Source: Acidimicrobiales bacterium (GTDB lineage: Bacteria > Actinomycetota > Acidimicrobiia > Acidimicrobiales > RAAP-2). Taken from it: a stretch of 64,000 bases of DNA. Both the position numbers and the translations under genes were made by a program. Numbering within the stretch: position 1 is the first letter of the stretch; each line of letters opens with the position of its first letter. The DNA lies in contig JBKQRT010000001.1 of NCBI GenBank assembly GCA_052143895.1, forward strand, positions 2,907 to 66,906, given 5' to 3'. The notes under the pieces are model-generated. The model ran no database searches and had not been told where the DNA came from. It saw only the letters and a program-made list of their open reading frames with translations. This document shows positions 9,275-24,248 of this stretch, one piece after another.

Positions 9275-9754
9275 GTGCTCTCTTCCTTCACCATTGGCTG
9301 GTCGCTGCGCCGCCCCACCGAGCGTACCCGGCACGCCGTTCGGTCCCGGCCCGAGGCAGGCTGTTCGAACCGCCCAAGCGGCGCACCGTCCGACGCATTG
9401 AGTGGCAGCCGTACGGCATCCGACGAACAACCGGTGCAATTGCCGGAGCACCAATAGAGGATGCCGGCTGCACCACGGCGACGCCCGTGCCGCGCCCCAC
9501 TGGGCGATGGGCCGCCCGTCCCGGTCAATCGGCCGCCGGCGACGACCACAAATGGAACCGGCCCGATCCCGCGCCCACGTCCGAATGGCGCCGGCACCCG
9601 CCGCCGGGGGCGCCTTGCCTGACTGCCGACAAGACCAGCATGCCCGCTCCCACCGGTCGGTCCGGCACCGAAAACAACGTCCCGTTTGACCCTCCCATGC
9701 CGTCGTGCAGCCAGCGGGGTTGCTTCGAATGGAGAACTCTGGAATGCTCTCGGC

Positions 9755-10186
9755 ATGGCGACCACGACGACGACGAAATCTCGGAAGAAGACCCCTATGT
9801 CCGCCGACCACAAAGCGGCGTTGGCCAAAGGACGCGAGGAGGGACGGATCGTCCGGCGCTACCTCGAGGCACTCGAGTCGACCAAGCCGCGGCGTGGCCG
9901 CAAGCGCACGCCCGATTCCATCAAGAAGCGGCTGGCCACCATCGACAACGCCCTGCCGACGGTCGACCCGTTGGCCAGGCTCCACCTGGTGGAGGAGAAG
10001 CAACGGCTCGAGTCCGAGCTGTCCCACGCCGGCGAGACGGTGGACGTCGCTGCCCTGGAGAAGGGCTTCATCAAGGTGGCCCGGGCCTACGGCGAGCGCA
10101 AAGGCATCTCCTACTCGGCCTGGCGCACCGTCGGGGTCAGCGCGTCGGTGCTGCAGCAGGCCAAGATCCCCCGTACCCGCAGCTGA
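9755..10186 (+). CDS. conserved-looking basic hypothetical protein (possible nucleic-acid binding)
   Basis: GC3 is high from ATG 9755 onward and non-coding-like upstream of it. The protein is Lys/Arg-rich (KSRKKTPMSADHKAALAKGREEGR...RRGRKRTPDSIKKRL), with the tail GISYSAWRTVGVSASVLQQAKIPRTR. No family assignment made. Confidence 0.6.
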   Translation: MATTTTTKSRKKTPMSADHKAALAKGREEGRIVRRYLEALESTKPRRGRKRTPDSIKKRLATIDNALPTVDPLARLHLVEEKQRLESELSHAGETVDVAALEKGFIKVARAYGERKGISYSAWRTVGVSASVLQQAKIPRTRS

Positions 10187-10229
10187 ACCGGCGGGTGGCG
10201 GCTCCGATCCGGTGCCGCGGCGGCGCTGG

Positions 10230-10919
10230 TCAGGCGACCCCGGCGTCGGCCTGCGGCTCGGCCGAGCGCAGCAGCGCCTCCAGCAGCAGGGAACCGTCCG
10301 CCGAGCCCAGCAACGGGTCTGACGCCCGTTCGGGATGAGGCATGAGACCGACGACGTTGTGGTGCTCATTGCACACGCCGGCGATGTCGTCGAGGGAGCC
10401 ATTCGGGTTGTCGACGTAGCGCAGCACGATGCGGTCCTCGTCCCGGAGGACGGCCAACGTGCGGTCGTCACACGTGTAATTGCCCTCGAAGTGATTGATC
10501 GGAATTCGGAGCTGCGTCCCGATGGGGACGCCGGCGGTGAGCACCGAGTCCGACGTCTCGACCCGCACGGTTACCGTGGTGCAGAGGAACCGGAGGCCGC
10601 GGTTCTTCTGGAGGGCACCGGGCAGCAGCCCGGCTTCCGTCAGCACCTGGAACCCGTTGCAGATGCCCACCACCGGTCCCCCGTCGGCGGCGAACCTCCC
10701 CACCGCCTCCATGACCGGGGAGAACCGGGCGATGGCGCCGGGCCGCAGGTAGTCGCCGTGGGCGAACCCCCCGGGCAGGATGAGGGCGTCGTAGCCGCCG
10801 ACCGAGGTGTCGCCGTGCCATACCAGGTCGGCTGAGCCGCCCAGACGGCGCACGGCCTGCACGGCGTCGTGCTCGCAGTTGGTCCCCGGGAAGAGCACCA
10901 CGCCGACCCGGGTCGCCAT
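10230..10919 (-). CDS. purQ: phosphoribosylformylglycinamidine synthase subunit PurQ (glutaminase)
   Basis: VGVVLFPGTNCEHD...LILPGGFAHGDYLR...GICNGFQVL...MPHPER class-I amidotransferase triad. Confidence 0.93.
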   Translation of the reverse strand: MATRVGVVLFPGTNCEHDAVQAVRRLGGSADLVWHGDTSVGGYDALILPGGFAHGDYLRPGAIARFSPVMEAVGRFAADGGPVVGICNGFQVLTEAGLLPGALQKNRGLRFLCTTVTVRVETSDSVLTAGVPIGTQLRIPINHFEGNYTCDDRTLAVLRDEDRIVLRYVDNPNGSLDDIAGVCNEHHNVVGLMPHPERASDPLLGSADGSLLLEALLRSAEPQADAGVA

Positions 10920-11209
10920 CAGACCACCGTCTCCGATGCGCCGGCCGGTACCACGGTCACCGACGACTCCTCGATGACCGGATTGGCCAGCAGCCGGTCA
11001 GCCACCACGGTGGCCTGGGCCAGCGCGTCGTCGCGGTCGGCGGCGGTGATGTCGAAGCGGAACGACTTGCCCGCCCGCACCCCGCTCACCCCGGTCAGCC
11101 CGAGGGCGGGCAGAGCTCGCTCGATGGTCGCACCCTGCGGGTCGGCGATCCCGTCCCGCAGGCGGACCTCCACTTGCACCGAGAAGCGTGCTGTCGGAGC
11201 CACGGTCAC
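10919..11209 (-). CDS. purS: phosphoribosylformylglycinamidine synthase subunit PurS
   Basis: FSVQVEVRLRDGIADPQGATIERALPALGL...FRFDI PurS pattern. The GTG start overlaps the purC stop (GTGA at 11206-11209). Its stop shares one base with the purQ ATG (TGATG). An alternative GTG start lies at 11203. Confidence 0.85.
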   Translation of the reverse strand: MTVAPTARFSVQVEVRLRDGIADPQGATIERALPALGLTGVSGVRAGKSFRFDITAADRDDALAQATVVADRLLANPVIEESSVTVVPAGASETVV

Positions 11210-12111
11210 GCACCGTACCAGTCGGCCAGCGAACGACCGCAGATCCGTTCGTAGGCGGCCGTGTACCGGGTGGACGTGGCGGTCACGATCTCGGCGGGCA
11301 GCGGTGGGGGCGGCGGCTGCTTGTCCCACGGCTGCCCCTCGAGCCAGTCGCGCAGCGGCTGCTTGTCGAACGAGGGCGGGTTGGTCCCCGGTGCGCAGTC
11401 GTCGGCCGACCAGAAGCGGGAGGAGTCCGGCGTCAGCACCTCGTCGCAGATCGAGAGCACCCGGTCGACGTAGCCGAGCTCGAACTTGGTGTCGCAGATG
11501 ACGATGCCCTGCTCCTCGGCCCGGGCCGCGGCCCGGGAGTAGGCGGCCAGGCACAGTGCGGCGGCGGCCTCGGCGGCCTCCCGGCCCACCAGGTCGACGG
11601 CCTCGGCCATCCCGATGTTGAGGTCGTGACCCTCGGTGGCCTTGGTCGACGGTGTGAAGATCGGCTCGGGCAGCCGGTCGGCATGGCGGAGCCCGGCGGG
11701 CATGGCCATGCCGTGGACCGTCCCCTCGCGCTCATACTCCTTGTAGGCCGATCCGGCCAGGTAGCCGCGGACGATGCACTCGATGTCGAGCATCTCGGCC
11801 CGGTGCACGAGCATCGAACGGCCGGCGAGATAGCCGAGCCCGCCGGGCAGGGCGGCGGCGCCTTCGGGGAAGTCGGCGGTGTCGGCGGTGATCAGGTGGT
11901 TTGGCGCCAGGTCCGAGAGCTGCTCGAGCCAGTACGCGGTCATGGCCGTGAGCACCCGGCCCTTGTCGGGGATGGGCTCGGCCATGATCACGTCGAAGGC
12001 GGAGATGCGGTCGGAGGCCACCATCAGCAGCCGACCGCCGCCGGCGTCGTAGAGCTCTCGGACCTTGCCGGACTGGATCAGCGGGAGCGGTGCGGTGGAC
12101 CGTGCGGTCAT
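11206..12111 (-). CDS. purC: phosphoribosylaminoimidazole-succinocarboxamide synthase (SAICAR synthetase)
   Basis: SGKVRELYD...LMVASDRISAFDVIM...IPDKGRVLT...IVRGYLAGS...DTKFELG. ATG 12111 overlaps the purB stop (ATGA). Confidence 0.93.
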   Translation of the reverse strand: MTARSTAPLPLIQSGKVRELYDAGGGRLLMVASDRISAFDVIMAEPIPDKGRVLTAMTAYWLEQLSDLAPNHLITADTADFPEGAAALPGGLGYLAGRSMLVHRAEMLDIECIVRGYLAGSAYKEYEREGTVHGMAMPAGLRHADRLPEPIFTPSTKATEGHDLNIGMAEAVDLVGREAAEAAAALCLAAYSRAAARAEEQGIVICDTKFELGYVDRVLSICDEVLTPDSSRFWSADDCAPGTNPPSFDKQPLRDWLEGQPWDKQPPPPPLPAEIVTATSTRYTAAYERICGRSLADWYGA

Positions 12112-13414
12112 GGGTCGAGCTCCTCCAGGGCGTCGGTGAACCGGTGGACGTGACGCAGCGTACGAGTCAGGTCGAAGGCGTCGTCCAGGGCCTCGGCCGA
12201 CAGGGTGACCTCCGGGTCCTCGTCGAGGACCTGCCGAAAGGACCGGCCCCCGCTCCAGGCCGCCCGGGCGTCCCGCTGCACGATGCGGTAGGCGGCGTCC
12301 CGGCTGAGCCCGCTGCTGACCAGGGCGAGGAGGACCGACTGGCTGAACACGAGTCCGTGGCTGCCCTCGGTCAGCGTGGCCAGCGCCCGCTCCGGGTGGA
12401 GCACCAGCCCCTCGACCAGCCCGGTGGCCTTCTGGAGCATGTAGAGGGTGAGGAGGCTGGCGTCGGGAAGGACTACCCGTTCCACCGAGCTGTGGGAGAT
12501 GTCCCGCTCGTGCCAGAGGGCCACGTCCTCGAGGCCGGCCGACAGGTAGCCCCGGAGCACCCGGGCCAGGCCGCACAACCGCTCCGACAGGATCGGGTTG
12601 CGCTTGTGGGGCATCGCCGAGCTACCCTTCTGGCCCGGCTTGAACGGCTCCTCGGCCTCGCCGAGCTCGCTGCGGGCCAGGTGCCGGACCTCGGTGGCGA
12701 TGAGCTCGACGGTGGCACCCACCGACGCGCAGGCCCACAGGTACTCGGCATGCCGGTCGCGGGCCACCACCTGGGTGGCCGGGGTCGGGGTCAGGCCCAG
12801 CGCACGGCAGACGTGTTGCTCCACCCGCGGATCGATGTTGGAGTAGGTGCCGACCGCCCCGGACAGCTTGCCCACCGCCACACGGTGCCGGGCGGCGCGC
12901 AGTCGCTGCACGTCGCGGTCGGCCTGCAGGGCCCAGAGAGCGAACTTGGCACCGAAGGTTGTCGGCTCGGCGTGCATCCCGTGGGTGCGTCCGGTCACCG
13001 GCACGTCGATGCACTCGACGGCCCGGGCCCGGAGGGCGGCGACCAGACCGGTGGCGGCGGGGATGAGCAGGTCTGAGGCCCTGGTGAGGGTGGCGCAGAG
13101 GGCGGTGTCCACCACGTCGGAGGAGGTGAGCCCGTAGTGGATCCACGAGCCCTCGGGCTCGCCGATGGCCGCCTGCACCACGTCGACGAAGGCGGCCACA
13201 TCGTGGTCGGTGATCCGCTCGCGCTCCGAGACCGCCTCGACGAGGGCGGCGTCGACCACCGGGGCGCGCTCCCGGCAGGCGGTGGCGGCCGCGGCGGGGA
13301 CGTCGCCCACCTCGACCCACCCCTCGGTGGCCAGCAGCTCGACTTCGAGCCACATGGCGAACCGGGCCTCGTCGGAGAAGAGGGCGGCCATCTCCTTCGG
13401 CGCGTAGCGAGGGA

Positions 13415-13418
<4 letters not shown>
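12108..13418 (-). CDS. purB: adenylosuccinate lyase
   Basis: IPRYAPKEM...HYGLTSSDVVDTAL...GSSAMPHKRNP fumarate-lyase signature. GTG 13418 overlaps the purD stop (GTGA). Confidence 0.93.
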
Positions 13419-16047
<2,629 letters not shown>

Positions 16048-16138
16048 TCACTCCTCCGTTGCGAAAAGCGGATTACGCACCAGTGTAGCCCGCACCGTCC
16101 CTGGCCCGCCGTGCCTCGCCGCGGTGTCGACCGCCTGT

Positions 16139-16279
16139 TCACTCGGCGGTCGTGCGCTCGCGCCGCAGGATCTGGGCCAGCGCCTCGGGGACGATGAGGA
16201 GGCCCATGGTGGCGAGGATCCCGAACAGCGCGGTGAGCGCGTAGAGCACGCCGGTCTGGTGGCTGCGGCCGCGCACCAC
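16139..16279 (-). CDS. candidate 46-aa hydrophobic micro-protein upstream of purA
   Basis: VVRGRSHQTGVLYALTALFGILATMGLLIVPEALAQILRRERTTAE. Every third codon position I read is G or C, whereas upstream codons are mixed. There is one clear TM helix and no convincing Shine-Dalgarno. It is below the 60-aa cut-off of the ORF track. Confidence 0.4.
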   Translation of the reverse strand: MVRGRSHQTGVLYALTALFGILATMGLLIVPEALAQILRRERTTAE

Positions 16280-16490
16280 CTCGGCGGCACCGGCCAGCCC
16301 GTCCCTGCGTGGATCGTGATCACGCGCCCTGGCTGCACGGCCACATGATTGTCCCGGCGCCGCACGACGTGCACTCCGGCTGTCGCGCCCGGCGGCGCCG
16401 CGGGATGGCCGGCGGACCCGGCGCCGCCCCCTACGGTCGCTGGCCGCGGCTCACCGCCCCATGGCGGTCAGCGCCCCCTCGCTGGTCCGG

Positions 16491-17384
16491 TCAAAGCCCC
16501 TTCGAGGACAGGGCCGACTCGACGAAGGTGGCCAGTTCGGACTCGCCCGTCGGGTTCGGGTGGACGGAGATCCCGCCGCCGCTGGCGATGATCGGGTTCA
16601 CCCACCGGACACTGGAGGACTTGCAGGCGTCGTGACCGATCGATCCGGTGAAGGTGTTGACGAAGGTGGCCCCGTTCGCCGCCGCCTCGGACTGGAGCAT
16701 CGAGTTGAGGTCCTTCTCGATGCCGTTGAGGTAGGTGGTGTCGCCCGTGGTGAGGGGCATGGTCGGGTAGCAGTTCCCCTTCTGGGGCAGGATGTCCGGG
16801 TAGCCCACGACGAACACCTGGGCCTGCGGGGCGCTGGCGTGGATGCCCTGGAGGACGCCACCGATGGTGGAGGCGTCCCCGCTCACGTCGTCGGCGAAGG
16901 TGTTGCCGTAGAGGTCCTTGCAGGGCGAGCCGATGTTGAGGAAGTCGGCGATGTCGGCGACCCCGCAGTCGACCAGGGCACCGAGGAAGAGGTCGTTGTC
17001 GTTGCCGCCGATGCCGACGGTCACGATGTTGGTCGAGCCGGACAACGCGTCGAACTGGGGACCCACGCCCGGGTACTGCGACGTGGTCATGTCGCCCGAT
17101 GTGGCCCCCGAGCAGCTGACGTCCTGGAGGTTCCATCCATTCGCCTGGGCGATGAGGTGCGGGTAGTTGAGGGTCGTCTGCAGGCAAAGCGGCGAGATCG
17201 TCGGTGAGAACGGGAGGATGCCCGCGCCGGCGGTGTAGGAGTCGCCCAGCGCGACATAGTAGCGCGACGAGGCCGATGCCGGGGCCGCCGAGGCGGCCAC
17301 CACCGCCACCACCGCCACCGCCACCATGGCGGCGAGCGCCCGCCGGATCCCGCGCCTGCCGTCCCTGCCGATCCGTGGTGCCAT
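16491..17384 (-). CDS. secreted SGNH/GDSL-family hydrolase (lipase/esterase)
   Basis: Signal-like N-terminus (RRALAAMVAVAVVAVVAASAAPASA), block I ALGDSYTAG, block III GIGGNDN, and several Cys pairs as in actinobacterial secreted esterases. ATG 17384. Confidence 0.85.
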   Translation of the reverse strand: MAPRIGRDGRRGIRRALAAMVAVAVVAVVAASAAPASASSRYYVALGDSYTAGAGILPFSPTISPLCLQTTLNYPHLIAQANGWNLQDVSCSGATSGDMTTSQYPGVGPQFDALSGSTNIVTVGIGGNDNDLFLGALVDCGVADIADFLNIGSPCKDLYGNTFADDVSGDASTIGGVLQGIHASAPQAQVFVVGYPDILPQKGNCYPTMPLTTGDTTYLNGIEKDLNSMLQSEAAANGATFVNTFTGSIGHDACKSSSVRWVNPIIASGGGISVHPNPTGESELATFVESALSSKGL

Positions 17385-17524
17385 CGATGGTTCCCCCGTT
17401 CCCGACCGGTCGTCACCGCCGCTCTGGCCAACCGACTGCGGAGCCCCCACCACTGCAGTCGTGACGCACCGGCTCGTGGATCTAACCACTCCGACCGTGC
17501 GGAGTCAACGATCGCGAGGGACGG

Positions 17525-20017
17525 TCACACCAGCGTGATCTCGCCGTCCTTCTCGTCGACGGTAACCGTCGACCCCTCCGGGTAGCGGCCCTCGAGGAGG
17601 GCGAGCGCCAGCGGGTCCTCGACCGCCCGCTGGATGACCCGGCGCAGGGGTCGGGCACCGAAGTCGGGGTCGAACCCGGTCCGGGCCAGCCACGCCTCGG
17701 CGGCCGGGGTGACGGCCAGGGACAGGCGCCGCTCAGCCAGTCGGCTGCGCAGACCGCCCAGCTGGATGGAGACGATCCGCTCGAGGTCGGCCTCGCTCAA
17801 CGCGTGGAAGCGGACGATCTCGTCGATCCGGTTGACGAATTCGGGCTTGAAGTGCTCGATGGGCTCGCCCGGGATGTTGGACGTCATGATCAGCACTGTG
17901 TTCGTGAAGTCGACCGTCCGCCCCTGGCCGTCGGTCAGGCGGCCGTCCTCGAGCAGCTGGAGCAGCGTGTTGAACACGTCGGGGTGTGCCTTCTCCAGCT
18001 CGTCGAGCAGCACCACAGCGTACGGTCGGCGTCGCACCGCCTCGGTCAACTGACCGCCCTCCTCGTAGCCGATGTACCCGGGAGGGGCACCGACCAGCCG
18101 CGACACCGAGTGGCGCTCCATGTACTCGCTCATGTCGATGCGCACCATGGCCCGTGCGTCGTCGAACAGGAACTCGGCCAGGGCGCGGGCGAGCTCGGTC
18201 TTGCCGACGCCGGTCGGTCCCATGAAGAGGAAGGAGCCGATCGGCCGGTTCGGGTTGGACAGCCCGGCTCGGCTGCGTCGGATGGCGTTGGACACGGCCG
18301 AGACCGCCTGGTCCTGGCCGACCACCCGGGCGTGGAGGGCGTCCTCCATCCGAATGAGCTTCTCGACCTCCCCCTCGAGCAGGCGGCTCACCGGCACCCC
18401 GGTGGATCGGCTGACCACGTCGGCCACGTCCTCGGCGTCGACCTCCTCCTTCAGGAAGCGCTGGCTCTTCTGGAGCCGGTCGAGGGCGGTGGTGGCCTCC
18501 TCGACCTGGCGCTCGAGTCCGGGGATGACCCCGTACGTGATCTCCGAGGCCTGGGCCAGGTTGCCGTCGCGGGTCAGCCGGTCGGCCTCCCCCCGTTGGC
18601 GCTCGAGCTCGCCTTTCAGCGACTGGATGGTGGCGATGGCCTCCTTCTCCGCCTGCCAGTGGGCCGTCATGGCCGACGCCTCCTCCTGCAGGTTGGCCAT
18701 CTCCTCGTCCAGACGGGCCAGCCGTTCGGCCGAGGCGCTGTCGGTCTCCTTGGCCAGGGCCATGCGCTCGATCTCGAGCTGGCGCAGCCGGCGGGTGACC
18801 ACGTCGAGCTCGGTCGGCATGGAGTCGATCTCGATGCGCAGGCGGCTGGCCGCCTCGTCCATGAGGTCGATGGCCTTGTCGGGAAGGAAGCGGCCGGTGA
18901 TGTAGCGGTCGGAGAGGACGGCCGCAGCCACCAGCGCCGCGTCCTGGATGCGGACGCCGTGGTGAACCTCGTAGCGCTCCTTCAGTCCCCGCAGGATGGC
19001 GATGGTGTCCTCGACCGACGGCGGCGGCACGAACACCTGCTGGAACCGCCGCTCGAGGGCGGCGTCCTTCTCGATGTACTGCCGGTACTCATCCAGCGTG
19101 GTCGCACCGATCAGCCGCAGCTCGCCGCGGGCCAGCATGGGCTTGACCATGTTGCCGGCGTCCATCGCCCCCTCGGAGCCGCCGCCCGCGCCGACCAGCG
19201 TGTGGAGCTCGTCGATGAAGGTGATGATCTCGCCTTCGGCGTCGGTGATCTCCTTCAGCACCGCCTTCAGGCGCTCCTCGAACTCCCCCCGGTACTTGGC
19301 ACCGGCCACCATCGACCCGAGGTCCAGACCGATGAGCCGCTTGCCCTTGAGCCCCTCGGGAACGTCGCCCTCGACGATGCGCTGGGCAAGCCCCTCGACG
19401 ATGGCCGTCTTGCCGACGCCGGGCTCGCCGATGAGGACCGGGTTGTTCTTGGTGCGACGGGACAGCACCTGGATCACCCGGCGGACCTCCTCGTCGCGCC
19501 CGATGACCGGATCCATCTTCCCCTGGCGGGCCAGTGCGGTCAGGTCGCGCCCGTACTTCTCCAGGGCCTGGAAGGTCTCCTCGGGGTTCTGGGAGGTGAC
19601 CCGGTGGCTGCCCCGCACGTCGCGCAGGGCGGTGAGCAGCTGATCGCGGTCCACGCCCATGCGATCGGCCATGGCCAGCAGCAGGTGCTCGACCGAGAGG
19701 TAGTCGTCACCCATGTCGGTGCGCTGGGCATCGGCCGCCGTCAGCACGTCCCGCAGGGCGCGGTTGATGCCCGGCTCCTGGCCGCCGTAGGCCTGGGGCA
19801 GGCGCCCGAGCTCGCCGGCCACCCGGTCACGCACCACCGCCGGCTCGACGCCGACCCGGGCGAGGACGGGACCGGCGATGCCGTCCGCCTGGTCGAGGGC
19901 GGCGGCCAGCACGTGCTCGGGGGTGACCTCGGCGTGGTGGGCGGTGCGCGCCCGCTCGACGGCGGAGCTGAACGCCTCCTGGGTCTTGAGTGTCCAGCGG
20001 TCTGGGTTGATGCTCAT
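17525..20017 (-). CDS. clpB: ATP-dependent chaperone/disaggregase ClpB
   Basis: Clp N-domain, two AAA+ modules ([13 protein letters not shown] and [14 protein letters not shown]) and a long coiled-coil middle domain. The ATG overlaps the hspR stop (ATGA at 20014-20017). Confidence 0.95.
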   Translation of the reverse strand: MSINPDRWTLKTQEAFSSAVERARTAHHAEVTPEHVLAAALDQADGIAGPVLARVGVEPAVVRDRVAGELGRLPQAYGGQEPGINRALRDVLTAADAQRTDMGDDYLSVEHLLLAMADRMGVDRDQLLTALRDVRGSHRVTSQNPEETFQALEKYGRDLTALARQGKMDPVIGRDEEVRRVIQVLSRRTKNNPVLIGEPGVGKTAIVEGLAQRIVEGDVPEGLKGKRLIGLDLGSMVAGAKYRGEFEERLKAVLKEITDAEGEIITFIDELHTLVGAGGGSEGAMDAGNMVKPMLARGELRLIGATTLDEYRQYIEKDAALERRFQQVFVPPPSVEDTIAILRGLKERYEVHHGVRIQDAALVAAAVLSDRYITGRFLPDKAIDLMDEAASRLRIEIDSMPTELDVVTRRLRQLEIERMALAKETDSASAERLARLDEEMANLQEEASAMTAHWQAEKEAIATIQSLKGELERQRGEADRLTRDGNLAQASEITYGVIPGLERQVEEATTALDRLQKSQRFLKEEVDAEDVADVVSRSTGVPVSRLLEGEVEKLIRMEDALHARVVGQDQAVSAVSNAIRRSRAGLSNPNRPIGSFLFMGPTGVGKTELARALAEFLFDDARAMVRIDMSEYMERHSVSRLVGAPPGYIGYEEGGQLTEAVRRRPYAVVLLDELEKAHPDVFNTLLQLLEDGRLTDGQGRTVDFTNTVLIMTSNIPGEPIEHFKPEFVNRIDEIVRFHALSEADLERIVSIQLGGLRSRLAERRLSLAVTPAAEAWLARTGFDPDFGARPLRRVIQRAVEDPLALALLEGRYPEGSTVTVDEKDGEITLV

Positions 20018-20421
20018 CGGGCACCTCCTGTGCCGTGCAGGAATCGTCGGGCTGGTCGGGTGGGGACCAGCGTCTGGGAGAGCGGCACCAGCTCGCGCCG
20101 GTACTGGCGGTGCGCCCGGGCCACCGCCTCGCGGGCCTCGGCCCGGGTGGCGGCCAGTTCCTGGCGGAGCCGGGCTACCTCGGCCTCGAGCTCCATCACC
20201 CGCCGCACGCCCTCGAGGTTGAGGCCGGCGGTGGTCAGGCTCTGGATGTGGCGCAGCCGGTCGAGGTCGGCGTCGCTGAAGCGGCGGCTGCCGCCCTCGG
20301 TGCGGCTGGGGTCGAGCAGACCTTTGCGCTCGTAGACGCGGAGGGTCTGCGGGTGGACCCCGGTCAGCTCGGCGGCCACCGAGATCACGTAGACGGCTCG
20401 GGTGCGGGGATCGTCGCTCAT
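20014..20421 (-). CDS. hspR: MerR-family heat-shock repressor HspR
   Basis: [53 protein letters not shown]. It sits immediately after dnaJ, as in actinobacterial dnaK operons. Confidence 0.9.
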   Translation of the reverse strand: MSDDPRTRAVYVISVAAELTGVHPQTLRVYERKGLLDPSRTEGGSRRFSDADLDRLRHIQSLTTAGLNLEGVRRVMELEAEVARLRQELAATRAEAREAVARAHRQYRRELVPLSQTLVPTRPARRFLHGTGGAR

Positions 20422-20422
20422 G

Positions 20423-21535
20423 TCACACTCCCAGTTCGTCGCGCGCCGGCGGCTCGATGACCGCGGCGAGTGCCTCGACCGCGGCGCGCTGCTTGTCAGA
20501 CAACTTGGCGGGGACCTCCACCTCGACGGTCACCAGCAGGTCGCCGGTGCCCGACCGCTTGCCGGCCGGGACCCCGCGCCCCTTGACCCGGAAGGTCCGC
20601 CCCGAGGGGGTGCCGGCCGGCACCCGGCGGGTGACCGGCTCGCCGAGGGTGGGAACGGGGTGGGTGGTGCCCAGGGCGGCGTCGGAAAAGGAGACCGGCG
20701 CGGTCAGGGTGAGGTTGCGGCCGCGTCGGCCGAACACGCCGTGACGGTCGACCCGCACCACGACGTAGAGGTCTCCGCTCGGAGCGTTGCCCCGCCCGGC
20801 CGCGCCGCGGCCCTTGACCCGGATCCGCTGCCCGTCCTCCACCCCGGCGGGGATGCGCACCTTGACCGAACGGTTGCGGTGCTCGACCCCCGAACCCCCG
20901 CAGGTCGGGCACGGGGTAGTCACGATGGTCCCCCGCCCGCCGCACTGGGGGCAGATCTGGCTCAGCGAGAAGAGGCCCTGGTTGTCCTGGAGGGTGCCGG
21001 CGCCGTTGCACCGGGGGCAGGTGGTCGGGTGGGTGCCCGGGGCGGCGCCGCTCCCCCGGCAGGCGTGGCACCGGGCGTCGGTGGTCAAGTGGACCGACGT
21101 GGTCACACCCTGGACGGCGTCCTCGAAGGAGAGGTGGAGCTCCGTCTCGACGTCCGCCCCGCGCTGGGGCCCGGTGGCGCCGCCCGTGCCCCGCCGGCCG
21201 CGCCCGAACAGGCCGCCGAACAGGTCGCCGAGGTCGCCCATGTCCTCCACCCGGTAGGTGCCGCCGGCCCCGCCGAAGCCGCCGGGGAAGCCACCACCGG
21301 CCGCCGGGCCCATGGTGCGGACCTCGTCGTACTCCTTGCGGCGGTCGGCGTCACCGAGGACGTCGTAGGCCGCCGAGATCTCCTTGAACGTCTCCTCGCT
21401 CCCGGGGTTGGTGTCGGGATGGTGCTTCTTCGCCAGCTTGCGGTAGGCGCTGGTGATCTCCTTGGCCGTGGCCGTCGAGGACACGCCTAGCGTCTTGTAG
21501 TAGTCCTTCTCGAACCATTCGCGTTGCGGCGCCAC
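20423..21535 (-). CDS. dnaJ: molecular chaperone DnaJ
   Basis: J domain (DYYKTLGV...HHPDTNPG), G-rich linker and four CxxCxGxG zinc-finger repeats. Confidence 0.95.
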   Translation of the reverse strand: MAPQREWFEKDYYKTLGVSSTATAKEITSAYRKLAKKHHPDTNPGSEETFKEISAAYDVLGDADRRKEYDEVRTMGPAAGGGFPGGFGGAGGTYRVEDMGDLGDLFGGLFGRGRRGTGGATGPQRGADVETELHLSFEDAVQGVTTSVHLTTDARCHACRGSGAAPGTHPTTCPRCNGAGTLQDNQGLFSLSQICPQCGGRGTIVTTPCPTCGGSGVEHRNRSVKVRIPAGVEDGQRIRVKGRGAAGRGNAPSGDLYVVVRVDRHGVFGRRGRNLTLTAPVSFSDAALGTTHPVPTLGEPVTRRVPAGTPSGRTFRVKGRGVPAGKRSGTGDLLVTVEVEVPAKLSDKQRAAVEALAAVIEPPARDELGV

Positions 21536-21588
21536 CTCGCTCTTCCCTCTTCCTTCCCGTTCGTTCCTCTAGCCCCGCACGATCACAG

Positions 21589-22284
21589 CTAGCCCCGCAC
21601 CATCACCATGGCCGGCCGCACCACGGTCCCGCGCCAGCGGTACCCGGCCCGCATCACCTGGGCCACCACCGGCTCGCCGGAGGTAGGGTCGAGGCGGGCC
21701 GCGTCGGCTTGGGGCTCCTCCTCGGCCGGCACGTGCCCCACCGCCTCGTGGGCGTTGGGATCGAAGGGCTCGCCGACCGGGTCGATGCGCTCGAGCCCCT
21801 CCTTGGTCAGGACGTCGTGGAGCTGGCTCGACACGGCCACCAGGGCGCGCCCCTCCGAGGACTCGGCGTCGCCGAGGTGCTGCACGGCGAGATCGAGGGT
21901 GTCGAGCACCGGCAGGACCTTGTCCACCAGCGACACCGCTGCCCGGGCCACTTGGTCGGTCTGTTGCTTGGCCACCCGCTTCTTGTAGTTCTCGAATTCG
22001 GCCTGCAGTCGTCGCAACGAGTCGAGGTACTCGTCGCGCTGCGAGGTGACCGCGGCCAGCGACTCGTCGTCGCCCAGCTCGGGTGCGGTGCCGTCGATGA
22101 TCTCGGTGGTCACGCCCCCTTCCACCTCGGCGTCGACGACATCCTCGCCCTCGAAGCCGGTCGGCGGGTAGTCGGAGCCCAGCTCCGCCCCCTCCGCACC
22201 GGCGGCGCGGTGGGGATCAGCGGCCCGCTCGGACCCCGATCCCCCTGGCACACCCATGCCGTCCGGCTCTGTGCTGCCGTTCAT
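21589..22284 (-). CDS. grpE: nucleotide exchange factor GrpE
   Basis: RLQAEFENYKKRVAKQ...FDPNAHEAV GrpE signature, located between dnaK and dnaJ. Confidence 0.9.
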   Translation of the reverse strand: MNGSTEPDGMGVPGGSGSERAADPHRAAGAEGAELGSDYPPTGFEGEDVVDAEVEGGVTTEIIDGTAPELGDDESLAAVTSQRDEYLDSLRRLQAEFENYKKRVAKQQTDQVARAAVSLVDKVLPVLDTLDLAVQHLGDAESSEGRALVAVSSQLHDVLTKEGLERIDPVGEPFDPNAHEAVGHVPAEEEPQADAARLDPTSGEPVVAQVMRAGYRWRGTVVRPAMVMVRG

Positions 22285-22290
22285 CGACGA

Positions 22291-24123
<1,833 letters not shown>

Positions 24124-24248
24124 CGTTGCTGCCTCCTACTCGTGCCCGTGTCGGGCGCTCGCTCTCGACTCGAAGTGGTGCCGGCACCGGCTCGGTCGGC
24201 ACTCGCTCTTGATCGTTTCGGTTTCCTTGCAACGTCCACTATACCAAA

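Noticed and set aside
9275-9754. Possible ZTP, purine or PRPP riboswitch upstream of purL
   Set aside because: I saw strings vaguely like the ZTP 3' element (GCCGCTTGGGCGG on the minus strand). I could not assemble the conserved cores or pairing scheme of any purine-related riboswitch by eye. The region is kept only as an unexplained long gap.
9275-10471. N-terminal 400-codon extension of the purL track ORF (1171 aa)
   Set aside because: The extension runs antisense through purQ and the basic hypothetical gene, has junk composition, and a good RBS plus GTG exists at 9274 where PurL homology begins.
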